Source of the DNA: a virus
Taxonomy: Duplodnaviria; Caudoviricetes
DNA: 25,825 nt
Reading direction: 5' to 3' (one strand)
IMG/VR virus record: IMGVR_UViG_3300043548_000792
Span: 1-25,825 of that record
Shown here: piece after piece, positions 7,930 to 16,754 of the stretch
Layout of the letters: each line of letters opens with the position of its first letter
Position numbering within the stretch: position 1 is the stretch's first letter
Position numbers and translations under genes: made by a program
Notes under the pieces: model-generated
What the model was told of the DNA's origin: nothing
The model's database searches: none
Seen by the model: the letters and a program-made list of their open reading frames with translations, nothing else

Positions 7930-8018
7930 GGGCCGGATTTATTCAGCGGAGATTTTAGACTCCCCCCGCTTGGCGAGGCGGCATGGGCCGCCCCGCCGGG
8001 GAGTGGGTTGGTTGGCTA

Positions 8019-8936
8019 CTAGTAGCTGCCTCCATCAATCGTGCTCTCGAGCGCGGAGATACGATTTTCATGGTCCAGAACATCGGCCTCGAGGTCGGTC
8101 AGGCGGCTGTCCGCGCTGGCGTTTTCGAGGGTGGTGATGCGGTTGCTGAGGCTGGTGTCCGCTGTGGCGCGTGTGGATGCCTCGGCGTCGATGTTCGACT
8201 GGAGAGTCGTGTCGGCATTTGCGCGGCTGGTCGCTTCGGCCGAGACGGCTGCGATGCGCGCGGTTTCCTCGGCGCTGATCGCCGTGGCGTTGTCGATGAT
8301 GTCTTGCTCTGCGGCAGAAACACGGCTGGTCAACGCAGTCGCGGCTGTCTCCACGCCATCGATGCGGAGACCGAGGGCTGTGTCGCCGGACTGGCGATCC
8401 GAAACTTCTTGAGCGAGGGCAGCGTTATTCGAGAGCACATAGCCTGCGAATGCCTGGTCGTTGCTCGTGTCGATACTCGTCACTAAATCGACTAGCTCTT
8501 TGAAAGAATCCTTGTCCTGCTCGGAAAGGGCGAGGATCGAATCGATGCGGCCTTTTTCAGTCGTGATTTTGCCGTCGAGGACGGTGTCGGCTGCTTCACG
8601 AGCGGATTGCTCGGCGCTGACGGCCGCGATGCGGGCTGTCTCCTCGGCGGAGATGTCAGCAGCAAGGTCGCTCTCGGCTCCCTGGGCGCGGGAGATTTCC
8701 GCGTTGAGGTTGTTGGTCAGCGTGCTGTCGGCTGCTTCGCGGGCGGATTGCTCGCTTGAGACGGCGCTGTCGACATAGGTTTTCTTTGCGAAAACATGCT
8801 CGCCGCCGATGGCAAGGACGCCTTCGGCTGTGCCGATGAAGAGGGACTTGTTGAGGAGGTCCATCGCGAGTTCGCCCTGTTGGAGCGAAACTGGCGCGCC
8901 GGAACCGCGTTTGATTTTGAGGATGGGATTAGCCAT
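8019..8936 (-). CDS. coiled-coil tail fibre protein
   Basis: N-terminal LKIKRGSGAP..L..GELA..L...LFIG; repeated S[AS]EQSAREAAD and SAEETARIAA; ends IDGGSY. Confidence 0.75.
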   Translation of the reverse strand: MANPILKIKRGSGAPVSLQQGELAMDLLNKSLFIGTAEGVLAIGGEHVFAKKTYVDSAVSSEQSAREAADSTLTNNLNAEISRAQGAESDLAADISAEETARIAAVSAEQSAREAADTVLDGKITTEKGRIDSILALSEQDKDSFKELVDLVTSIDTSNDQAFAGYVLSNNAALAQEVSDRQSGDTALGLRIDGVETAATALTSRVSAAEQDIIDNATAISAEETARIAAVSAEATSRANADTTLQSNIDAEASTRATADTSLSNRITTLENASADSRLTDLEADVLDHENRISALESTIDGGSY

Positions 8937-8983
8937 GGCTTTTTAGGTGGTGGTGGTTGGGTTGGTGTTCGTGGGTGGGTGAG

Positions 8984-8990
8984 TGTCAAA
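8984..8990 (-). promoter_or_regulatory. TTTGACA motif upstream of the 305-aa fibre gene
   Basis: Contains the TGA stop of 8986..9213; followed by N13, G and a C/A-rich leader. Confidence 0.5.
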
Positions 8991-9213
8991 AAGCGCCGGC
9001 GTCGATGACCGGAATCATGAGCGCGTAGGCGTTCGCCGTGGGCGACCAGCGGTAGGGCATTCCTTCGTCCATTGCGTGATACAGCCGGTCCGCTTTTCCG
9101 ATGGATGGGAAGGCGGAGCGGCTGGGATACTCGACGACGACGGCGGGGAGTGTGAGATCGAAGCTCGAGAGGTCGAGCGTCTGCGTGAGGTTGCTCTCGG
9201 TGATTGTCGTCAT
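8986..9213 (-). CDS. small tail-associated protein
   Basis: 75 aa, EYPSRSAFPSIG..DRLY.A.D....YRW; ends IDAGAF; coupled to the upstream gene. Confidence 0.7.
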   Translation of the reverse strand: MTTITESNLTQTLDLSSFDLTLPAVVVEYPSRSAFPSIGKADRLYHAMDEGMPYRWSPTANAYALMIPVIDAGAF

Positions 9214-10589
9214 TGGAAGGAGAGGCTTTCCCGGTTAGCCCACGAACCGATGGCTTGGGCGGTTGCTAGGACGCGGCCAGCAGCGTTGAGGGTGTTGCGT
9301 TTGATTGTCCAGGTGGTGGCGGTCTCGGGCAGGGCTGGCGCGGCGGGGCGGTCGGCGTTGAGGAGTCGGCCGCTGTAGGTGGTGAGGCCGTCGGTGGTGG
9401 CGTCGAAGGCGAAGAGGTAGAGGGTCGGATCGATGGGAGGCTGGACGCTGCGGAGACCGAGGGCGGTGCAAGCGATCTGGGTGCCTGCGGCGGGCGGGGC
9501 GTCGAAGGTGATCGTGCCCGAGGCTTCGCTCACGGTGTAGTCGGTGCCGGGGGCTTGAGTGACGCCGTTGAGGGCGACGAGGACAGACTCGGGATCGTTG
9601 CTGACGAGGCCGTCGATGGGGAAGGTGGTGGCGGTGCCGTCGCCGTAGCGTATCGTGGAGTTGATCGATAGGCCGGGGGCGCTGGCGATGATGAAATCCG
9701 AGAGGCCGGTGATCTGGTTCGCCGGGTGGGTGTGCGACTCGGGCGGGAACTCGGTGGGTTTGCCGGTCAGGCTGCTCCAATCGACGGGAGGCGAGACGGC
9801 GACGACGGCGCTGGCGAAGTCGGTGATGTCGGCCGCCGTGTGCTGGTGCGTGTCGAGCTGGGTCTGGAGGCTGTTGATGCTGGCGGCTGCTTCGGCGATG
9901 GAGTCGAGCGCGGCGGGGTCCAGATTGGCGGTGAGGTGGTCGATCCTGGCATCCAGTGCGGTGTCGGCTGCGGAAAGGGCGGCGAGGTCGGCATCGAGGC
10001 CGGTGATCTCGCTCTTGAGGTGGGTGTGCGCCGTGGCCGGGAAGGTGGCTGGCTTGTTGAGGACGCTGTCCCAAGTGGGAGGCGGGGCGAGTTCCGCAAT
10101 GGCTTGCGCGGTGCGGAGCGGTGTCATCCATTTCGCGTTATCGGTTCCGGCCTCGGCTTCGGCTTGTGTGGCTTTGCCGTCGGGGATTGCGGCGGGGGTG
10201 CCCTCATCGCCGGTGATGACGGCGTTTTGGAGCTCGACCGCGAGGGTGGCCGTGCGGTGGGCGGTGCCGGGTGCGCCCCAGCGGATTTCGAGGAGGGCAC
10301 TGATGGCGGCGGGGTTGGAAGAGAACGCGGCCTCGACCGGCGAGGTATTTAAATCAAGGGTGGTCTGACCGGGGGCCGCGTAAGCTAAAAAGTTGGAGTC
10401 GGAGAATTTGGCCTTGAGGCCGACGGCGGCGGTGGTGCCTGCGGGGGGCGTGGCGACTGCGCCGTTCTCGACATAGACGACCTCGATGGGGAGCGTGTCG
10501 CGGCGTTTGAGGACGATGCGGTCGAGCGCGACATTCGACGCGGCGGACTTGACGAAGCGCCGGTTTTTTAGATCGAGGAAAAGTTTCAT
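9210..10589 (-). CDS. tail fibre / baseplate-anchored protein
   Basis: HxH fibre repeats (HTHLKSEITGL, HQHTAADITDF, HTHPANQITGL), W.S...KP..FP motifs and a GDG.ATTF...V.LNGV.Q.P..DY module. Confidence 0.75.
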   Translation of the reverse strand: MKLFLDLKNRRFVKSAASNVALDRIVLKRRDTLPIEVVYVENGAVATPPAGTTAAVGLKAKFSDSNFLAYAAPGQTTLDLNTSPVEAAFSSNPAAISALLEIRWGAPGTAHRTATLAVELQNAVITGDEGTPAAIPDGKATQAEAEAGTDNAKWMTPLRTAQAIAELAPPPTWDSVLNKPATFPATAHTHLKSEITGLDADLAALSAADTALDARIDHLTANLDPAALDSIAEAAASINSLQTQLDTHQHTAADITDFASAVVAVSPPVDWSSLTGKPTEFPPESHTHPANQITGLSDFIIASAPGLSINSTIRYGDGTATTFPIDGLVSNDPESVLVALNGVTQAPGTDYTVSEASGTITFDAPPAAGTQIACTALGLRSVQPPIDPTLYLFAFDATTDGLTTYSGRLLNADRPAAPALPETATTWTIKRNTLNAAGRVLATAQAIGSWANRESLSFQ

Positions 10590-10608
10590 GCCGCTGCCGA
10601 GCGGCGTG

Positions 10609-10615
10609 TGTCAAA
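10609..10615 (-). promoter_or_regulatory. TTTGACA motif, 19 nt before ATG 10589
   Basis: TTTGACA CACGCCGCTCGGC AGCGGC ATG. Confidence 0.55.
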
Positions 10616-10636
10616 TCATTCGGGCTTCCGAGTGGC

Positions 10637-10951
10637 TCACGGAGCGGGAGGGAGCGGATTGACCGCAGAGGACACAGGGGACACAGAGGGCGCGGAAATG
10701 GATTCCCACTTGCCCATCGGGCACCGCTCGGTCGCCATGCGGAGCTTTGCCCAGGTGCTACAACCGCATTTGCGGCAACGGCCGGTGGCATTCAGCGCGG
10801 CGGAGTCCCACTCCGGACAGGCGCGGCAGGTGGCTTCTCGGGCGGCGAGGATTCCCGGCGGAGTGACGACGAAGCCGGAGCGGGCGAAGCGGTGCGCGGC
10901 GTGGCCGAAGCGGGCGAGGATTTCGGCGCGAAATGGAAAACCTTTTTCCAT
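10637..10951 (-). CDS. small Cys-rich protein (DUF6171-like)
   Basis: R..TCRACP...GRCRKCGC...AKL......CPMGKW; start ATG 10951 (TAATG overlap). Confidence 0.7.
   Translation of the reverse strand: MEKGFPFRAEILARFGHAAHRFARSGFVVTPPGILAAREATCRACPEWDSAALNATGRCRKCGCSTWAKLRMATERCPMGKWESISAPSVSPVSSAVNPLPPAP
10659..10690 (+). repeat. 3x9-bp (NNCACRGAG) interspersed repeat, copy A (degenerate)
   Basis: ttgaccgcagag gacacaggg gacacagag. Confidence 0.7.
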
Positions 10952-11523
10952 TAGGAAAATGTGACGCTTATTGTCGGTGTCGGATAAAATCCTGGGGGCC
11001 AGGAAGAAGGTCCAATCGGGAATTGATAGGCGGGGATCGATTGTCCGTTTACAGGAATTGAAAAAAGCTGGGGCGCAATAAAGCCATCTTCCGAAGTTGG
11101 CGCGCATTCTCGGGGAGCGGTGTATGAAACAATTTCACGATTTGAGCCGCTAACTTCGAAGAGGAGAAAAGAGAAAAAATCGCCAATAAGAGAAATCCTG
11201 ATCCCCCCATCGTAAAAATCAGGTTCATAGTCCGGAGTGTCCGCGACCGAGCCATTCCATGCGTAAGTTTTCGAACCTTGTATCTGCGGAAACTCGCAAC
11301 ATACCCAAGAATTAGAGTCGGGATCATATTTATCACGCCCAAAAGTTGGCAAATCGTAAACCACCTGCACCTGCGTGGCATTTCGAATTATTGAAAGTAA
11401 AGGGGCTGCGATAAAAAGCCCTGTGCACAAATCAAATTCGTTACAACACCCGCACTCGACCGCGCGGAGGCCCCCGTCGGTCTTGATCTTGATGGCTCCG
11501 GAGGATGTGCGGCCGAGGGTCAT
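10951..11523 (-). CDS. hypothetical tail-region protein, mosaic
   Basis: 190 aa; GC-rich first ~27 codons ending VECGCC, AT-rich remainder. Confidence 0.65.
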   Translation of the reverse strand: MTLGRTSSGAIKIKTDGGLRAVECGCCNEFDLCTGLFIAAPLLSIIRNATQVQVVYDLPTFGRDKYDPDSNSWVCCEFPQIQGSKTYAWNGSVADTPDYEPDFYDGGIRISLIGDFFSFLLFEVSGSNREIVSYTAPRECAPTSEDGFIAPQLFSIPVNGQSIPAYQFPIGPSSWPPGFYPTPTISVTFS

Positions 11524-11534
11524 GGGGAAAGCGG

Positions 11535-11648
11535 TTTAACCACAGAGGACACGGAGCACACGGAGAGGAAGGCAGAGGGCGGGTTTTGAATCTTTTTAAA
11601 CATGTCTCTTCTTGGCCTCCGTGCTCTCCGTGTGCTCCGTGGTAAAAA
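11535..11648. repeat. inverted pair of 3x9-bp repeats (copies B and C), REP/MITE-like
   Basis: tttaaccacagag gacacggag cacacggag (11535-11565) and ctccgtgct ctccgtgtg ctccgtggtaaaa (from 11617) fill the intergenic gap. Confidence 0.8.
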
Positions 11649-11654
11649 TCTGCA

Positions 11655-11924
11655 TCAGCACGCCTCCGTGGCGATCCATTGGAGAACCCCATCCACCGAG
11701 CCGAGGACATGGGTGCCGCTGCTTGGCACGGCGGGGATTTTGAGCTTGCGGGCGGGGTGGCCGCCTTGGCCGATGGTGGTGGTGATGAGGCTCGGATCGG
11801 CCTCGAGGGCGGCGTGGACGAAGTTTTTCATGAGGTCTGCCGCACTGATCTGCACGGGGTAGCCGCCGCCGCTGGCTTGCTTGGCCTGTTTGGTTTTTTC
11901 TTCAAAATTGACGGGCAGCGTCAT
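11655..11924 (-). CDS. hypothetical tail-tip protein
   Basis: 89 aa coupled to the upstream gene (ATGA); C-terminal P.SGTHVLGSVDG.LQW. Confidence 0.65.
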   Translation of the reverse strand: MTLPVNFEEKTKQAKQASGGGYPVQISAADLMKNFVHAALEADPSLITTTIGQGGHPARKLKIPAVPSSGTHVLGSVDGVLQWIATEAC

Positions 11925-12628
11925 GTGTATTGAGTGTGCTCGTAAAGATCGAATCTAATAAGCACGGAAAGAATTGTTTCTTTAAAAAAACCAAAATTCA
12001 CTTCTTGGACTTGCGGTTCATTAAATAATACATAACCTTTTGTAATATAGCCTCCACCCAATGAAAAAGGTATTTGCTCGCTAGTGTATGCTGCCGGAAC
12101 AAGAACTCCAGTTCCCGCAGAGACTCCGAGTTTAGCGGCTTCGTCATTACTTGCAAAAACAAATACCTTAGGTGTATATGAATTTGGCAGTGATGCTAAA
12201 GGGATTTCTGAAGCCAACATTGTTTTTGTTAGAGTAACTCGTTCAAATAAACCTGGCCGGGTATTTCTTAATTCAGTCCCTCTGTTGTCGGTGATAAATA
12301 TTGTAGCGTTTACATACTCAAAATTGGATTTTTCCAAGTAAGTTGATTTTGAGCGCCCGTAGGCGCTGACGATGTATTCGGTGAATCCGTCCTCGCGGCG
12401 GCGCTCCTGCACTTCGGGGAAGATTTTAAGGCCGTCGATGCAGGGGGATGAATCGCCGTCGGGCATGTCGTTGCCGACGGCTAGGGTGGCGCGGTGGGTG
12501 GCGGATTGGGAGGTGAGGCCGAGATAGGTCTGATCTACGCGCACGAGGCCAGAGGGGAAGGTGTTTACGGCTCGGCCGGGCTGCGGGATCAGGGCGGTAG
12601 GGTTGGAGGTTAAAATTGTGTGACTCAT
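11921..12628 (-). CDS. tail-tip protein following the tape measure
   Basis: 235 aa, ATGA-coupled to the TMP; role assigned by position only. Confidence 0.65.
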   Translation of the reverse strand: MSHTILTSNPTALIPQPGRAVNTFPSGLVRVDQTYLGLTSQSATHRATLAVGNDMPDGDSSPCIDGLKIFPEVQERRREDGFTEYIVSAYGRSKSTYLEKSNFEYVNATIFITDNRGTELRNTRPGLFERVTLTKTMLASEIPLASLPNSYTPKVFVFASNDEAAKLGVSAGTGVLVPAAYTSEQIPFSLGGGYITKGYVLFNEPQVQEVNFGFFKETILSVLIRFDLYEHTQYT

Positions 12629-15033
12629 ACGGAGAGCGCAGCGACTGGCAGCTTGGGTTCGATTTTTCCGACGAGGCTTTTGATCTCGCTGACGAAAGTC
12701 TTGATCTCGCCGAGGATTTTGCCGCCTTCGCCAGTCGAGATGGCGAGGTCCATGTTTTTCTTAAATTCGCCTTTGATGTTTTCGATGGATTTTGAGGCGT
12801 CGAGGGTGATGGTCTGCGGGGTGGTGCCGAGGCTGGCGATCTTGGCGGTGAGGTTTTCGAGGGAGGCGCGGCCGCCTTTTTCATCGATGGGCTGGATGCC
12901 GGTAAGCTCGCCGCGCTTGCTGGCGATGTGGGCGAGGATGGCATCCATCTGCTCCTTGCCGGTGGTGCCGAGCGTCTTGACCCCCAGCTCGCGGGCGATG
13001 TCGGGGAAGGATTTGTTTTTAAGATCCACGCCGATGTATTCACCGAATGCGGTGATCTCCTTCCGGGCGTCGGCGGTCTGCTCCTTGAGGCTTTTCACGG
13101 GCTTGGAGGGATCGACTCCTTTGATGTAGTCAAGCCAGGTGGCGAAGGACTTGGCGGCCTCGGCGGCTTTGCTGGCCTCGGCTTTGGCTTCGGCGACGGT
13201 CGTCTTGTCCACTTTAACGGCAGCGGCGGCGTTTTTGGCGTTGACGAAATTCGTGGCGAGCACTCCGGCTTCTTCTTTGGTGACGCCGAGGGTTTTCACA
13301 TAGTCGTCGGTGAGCTTAGCGATCTCCTCGGTGGCTTTCTTTTGCTCGAGCTGCTTTTCAAGCGAGGCCACCAGTTCGGCATTCCCTGCGGCTTTGGCTT
13401 CGTTGAGCGATGTCTCAAGCCCTACAATTTCAGTTTTTAAAGCCTTAGATTCAGTTTCAAGTTTTTTGGCTTGTATCTTGTTTTCGAGGATACCCTTTTG
13501 TTTATCAAGCTGCTCGGCGAGCTGGGTATTGCCGTTGGCGATTGCTTCCGTTAAAGCCGCCTCTACGGTTGAAAGTTGCTCTGTGAGCGTGCCGGTAAGA
13601 GTAAGCGCCTGGTTGCCGGCGGCGCGCTCGGCATTAGTCGCGGTAGTGGCGGCGGCGACTTTTCCCTCGAGTTCTGCGACTTTGTTTTGCTGGGCAGCAA
13701 TACCATCAAAAAGCGGGGGGACTTTTGCGTAATTCTTCTCAAATGTGTCGGGGAATGCTTTCCCGGCATTGACGAATTGATCCGCGATCCGGCCGCCTGC
13801 GCCTTTTAGTGAGTCTTCAATTTTATTGGCAGCGGTATTGGCATCATTTGCTGCTGTGTTTAGCTGCAAAGCGATTCCTTCAGTGAGCCAATTCCCAGCT
13901 AAAGCATTTGCAAGATTCCTTTGAATTGTGACCGATAGCTTGTTTGCTAAAAATTCAAACGAAGAAACGACGGTTGTAAATAAAGCGCCAGTGCTGTTGA
14001 AAATCTCGGCAAGGAATTGCCCGGCGGATTGAAAAGCGGCTATCAGTCTTTTGTAAATTTCATCGGCCGTCTGCATCGCCTGGAGCTTGAGGCTTTCCCA
14101 GAAAACCTCGAAGGCGAGCCCAGCTTGGCCGATGGAGATGGCATCCACGGCCGCTTGGAATCCTTTCATGGCCTGCTGCCCGCCGAGGAAGGCGTTGGCG
14201 AGGTTTTGGCCGACAGCGGCGGCGTCGATGCGCGAGAGGGCGCTGGTGATGGCGTCGATGGCTGGGAGGGCTTTGTCGAGTATGCCTGCGGCAAAGTCGC
14301 GGACCTTTTGTTGGATGATGAGGAACCGGTCGCCGACGGCGTCGAAGACATTGGCGCGGCGGTCCATGATATCGGCCATGCTGCCGACGGTGGCTCCGGC
14401 CTCGGTCATCTCGCCCGAGAAATTGGTGAGGAGTGGGAGGAGTTCCGCGCCGGATTTGCCGAAGATGTCGATGGCTGTGGCGGCGCGTTTGCTTGGGTCT
14501 TCGATGCTGGAGATGCCGGAGGCGACGAGGGCGAGTTGCTGGGTGGGTGTCTTCCCGGCGAGGTCTTCCAAGGAGACACCCATGCGGCCAAATGCGATGC
14601 TGGCCTCGGCGCTGCCTTCGTTGGCGGAGTTGATCTTGTCTTGGAGTTTGGCGAGGGCTGGGCCGACCTTATCCGCGCCCGCGCCGGTATTGTCGAAGGC
14701 GCGTTGGAGAAGGAGGAGATTTCCGGCCGTTTCGCCGGTGGAGGAGGAGAGATCGGAAAGAGTGCCGCCGAGGTCGAGGGCGGCAGAGAAACCATCCACG
14801 ACTTTTTGCGCTGCGGAAAAAACGCCATTCACCACAGATCCAAAGACATTCACGGCGGCCTGACCGACCGCGACGGCTCCGGCCATTTTTAGAAAACTGC
14901 CATTGAACGACTCGCCGGAATCCGCTCCGGACTTCTCGATTTTTTTCAGCGAGTTCTGGATTTCGCTGAGACCGCGCTCGATGCCGTCTGTCTCGGCTCC
15001 GATCTTGACTGTGATTGCGTTTCCTTCGGCCAT
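12625..15033 (-). CDS. tail tape measure protein
   Basis: 802 aa, Ala-rich helical; N-terminal ITVKIGAET; AIDIFGKSGAELLPLL TMP-type motif; follows the tail chaperone region. Confidence 0.88.
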   Translation of the reverse strand: MAEGNAITVKIGAETDGIERGLSEIQNSLKKIEKSGADSGESFNGSFLKMAGAVAVGQAAVNVFGSVVNGVFSAAQKVVDGFSAALDLGGTLSDLSSSTGETAGNLLLLQRAFDNTGAGADKVGPALAKLQDKINSANEGSAEASIAFGRMGVSLEDLAGKTPTQQLALVASGISSIEDPSKRAATAIDIFGKSGAELLPLLTNFSGEMTEAGATVGSMADIMDRRANVFDAVGDRFLIIQQKVRDFAAGILDKALPAIDAITSALSRIDAAAVGQNLANAFLGGQQAMKGFQAAVDAISIGQAGLAFEVFWESLKLQAMQTADEIYKRLIAAFQSAGQFLAEIFNSTGALFTTVVSSFEFLANKLSVTIQRNLANALAGNWLTEGIALQLNTAANDANTAANKIEDSLKGAGGRIADQFVNAGKAFPDTFEKNYAKVPPLFDGIAAQQNKVAELEGKVAAATTATNAERAAGNQALTLTGTLTEQLSTVEAALTEAIANGNTQLAEQLDKQKGILENKIQAKKLETESKALKTEIVGLETSLNEAKAAGNAELVASLEKQLEQKKATEEIAKLTDDYVKTLGVTKEEAGVLATNFVNAKNAAAAVKVDKTTVAEAKAEASKAAEAAKSFATWLDYIKGVDPSKPVKSLKEQTADARKEITAFGEYIGVDLKNKSFPDIARELGVKTLGTTGKEQMDAILAHIASKRGELTGIQPIDEKGGRASLENLTAKIASLGTTPQTITLDASKSIENIKGEFKKNMDLAISTGEGGKILGEIKTFVSEIKSLVGKIEPKLPVAALSV

Positions 15034-15037
15034 GGGA

Positions 15038-15658
15038 TTAGGCGGCTTTCAATCCGGGGTATTTTGCCGCGAGTTCCGAGGTTTTCTGGAAGACTCCGAG
15101 GCGGAGGTTTTTCTTAAAAAAGTTCGTGCGGCCGCGCATGGCGGCGCGGAGGGCATCGACCACGCTGGGGGAGTATGTGCGGGAGTTTGTGATTTCGATG
15201 TGGAAGGCATTGCCCTCCTGCTTCTCAGAGCCTTTGGCGTTTTCGGGGTAGTCGCCGCTTTTCGTGGTGGCTTTGGCGACATAGTTTGGAACGGAGATTT
15301 CGATGCCGAGCTTTTCGGCGATCTGCACCCATGATTTTTTCGAGAGGCCACGGGCCTCCTTGCGGCGCTTCAGGGAATTTTTCATCTGAAGCTGGAGGGC
15401 TTTCCAGATCGTGTCTGGATATCGGTTTTTCATGAAGTAGCGCTTGCCGTTCAGCGTTCGCACCGGCTTGGCGTTGACATTGGCCTCGATGAGTTTGACC
15501 TGAGCGGCGGCGGTTTTTTTAGCGGCGGCCTCGAGGATGGACTTGGTCTCGGCGCGGATGATGTCGGCAAAAGAAAATCCGGTGATCCGCGACATCTCCC
15601 GCATGGCTCGGGAGAAGTCGCTCGTCACGACATTGATGCTTTGGGATTTTTTTGCCAT
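15038..15658 (-). CDS. basic hypothetical protein, possible neck/tail completion protein
   Basis: 206 aa, Lys/Arg-rich; role inferred from context only. Confidence 0.6.
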   Translation of the reverse strand: MAKKSQSINVVTSDFSRAMREMSRITGFSFADIIRAETKSILEAAAKKTAAAQVKLIEANVNAKPVRTLNGKRYFMKNRYPDTIWKALQLQMKNSLKRRKEARGLSKKSWVQIAEKLGIEISVPNYVAKATTKSGDYPENAKGSEKQEGNAFHIEITNSRTYSPSVVDALRAAMRGRTNFFKKNLRLGVFQKTSELAAKYPGLKAA

Positions 15659-15888
15659 CAGGTGATTTTTGCGAAAGCGGCGTCTATGGCAGCGAGGGAG
15701 TCAAAATCCACCTTGCGGGAATTGCGTGTCCATGTGCGCTTGCGGCCGTGGGCGGCGTCGTCGGCATGGATGATTTGGAGGCCTGCGGCGAAAGGGAGGT
15801 CTTCGAGGATTTCTCGGTAGCCCCAGCCGGTGATTCGAGCGATGCGGTAAACATAGCCTGCGAGCCAGCCGGGGCTGTTTAGTTTCCC
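15658..15888 (-). CDS. -1 frameshift extension of tail assembly chaperone (gpGT-like)
   Basis: Open -1 frame (..GKLNSPGWLAGYVYRIARITGWGYREILEDLP..) entered at slippery G GGA AAC; no own start codon near the junction. Confidence 0.75.
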   Translation of the reverse strand, partial: GKLNSPGWLAGYVYRIARITGWGYREILEDLPFAAGLQIIHADDAAHGRKRTWTRNSRKVDFDSLAAIDAAFAKIT

Positions 15889-16271
15889 GAGGCGGACTTT
15901 CCGCCTTGGGTCTCGGAGAAGCTGGCGAAGTATTCGTTGGTCCGCTCGAGGCAGAGCTTTTGGAGTTCGGCGATCTCGGAGGCGGTGGGATTTTGTTTTT
16001 CCATCCAATCATCCACGGCGATGGCGAAGCGGGAGAAGTCATTCACGACGGAGCGCACGGAGGCTTTTGGCGCGGAGTGGATGAAGGCGAATCCGCCGGA
16101 GCGCCAGAGGATATCCATCTCGGGGGATAGGATTTTGTTGCGCTGCATCCAGGAGATTTCCAGCGCGGCGGTGGGACGCATTTCCCAGCGGGAGAGTTTT
16201 TGAGGGCCGCTGGTCATGGCTTGCTCGCGGAGGGCTTCGTCGTCGGTGAGGAGGTCGTTTGTATCTGTCAT
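15879..16271 (-). CDS. tail assembly chaperone (gpG-like)
   Basis: 130 aa ending TCG GGA AAC TAA, between tail tube and TMP. Confidence 0.75.
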   Translation of the reverse strand: MTDTNDLLTDDEALREQAMTSGPQKLSRWEMRPTAALEISWMQRNKILSPEMDILWRSGGFAFIHSAPKASVRSVVNDFSRFAIAVDDWMEKQNPTASEIAELQKLCLERTNEYFASFSETQGGKSASGN

Positions 16272-16293
16272 GGTGTTTGTCGTTGGTTGGTGG

Positions 16294-16695
16294 TTAGAGA
16301 AATTTAGCGAAGCGCTTCTTGTCGGCTTCGGTGGCGTTTTCGGAGATGCTCACGATCTTGCCGTTGCGCTCGAAAACGATCTGTCGGGGGATGGCCTTGA
16401 TGGCGGTGAGGAGTTGGTCGCGGTTGCGAAGGGCTGCGATCATGTAGGCCACGGGTGACTCGGGATTTTTCTCGATGAAATCCTCGCTGGCGAAGGCGCG
16501 CATGACCTCGTCGGCTTGCTGTCCGGTGGTGGGGTGCGCGGCTTTGAAATGGAAGACGGTGCTCTCGTCGCCGGATTCGCGCTTGATGCGAGTGGCTGGG
16601 GCTTTGTCGGATTCAAACTCGAAGCCGAGCGCCGTGAGGATGCTGGCGAGCTTGAGGTCGCGCGTGTTGAAAATGGCAATATGTCGTGGGTTCAT
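16294..16695 (-). CDS. hypothetical protein (DUF5659-like N-terminus)
   Basis: FNTRDLKLASILTALGF...F.F pattern; family resemblance from memory only. Confidence 0.6.
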   Translation of the reverse strand: MNPRHIAIFNTRDLKLASILTALGFEFESDKAPATRIKRESGDESTVFHFKAAHPTTGQQADEVMRAFASEDFIEKNPESPVAYMIAALRNRDQLLTAIKAIPRQIVFERNGKIVSISENATEADKKRFAKFL

Positions 16696-16754
16696 TTCTC
16701 GTGGGGTGCGGCCGGGGAGCCGCTAGGCGACTACCCCGGCGCTGCGGGTGGGGG

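Noticed and set aside
10659-11648. CRISPR-like mini-array
   Set aside because: Copies are dispersed or inverted, without regular spacers, and no cas genes are present.
6741-12628. Diversity-generating retroelement behind the variable tail genes
   Set aside because: No reverse transcriptase and no template/variable repeat pair differing at adenines seen in the window.
15699-15705. TTTGACT variant about 40 nt upstream of ATG 15658
   Set aside because: Inexact match inside coding sequence and not at the 13-14-nt spacing to a start; possible but unsupported.
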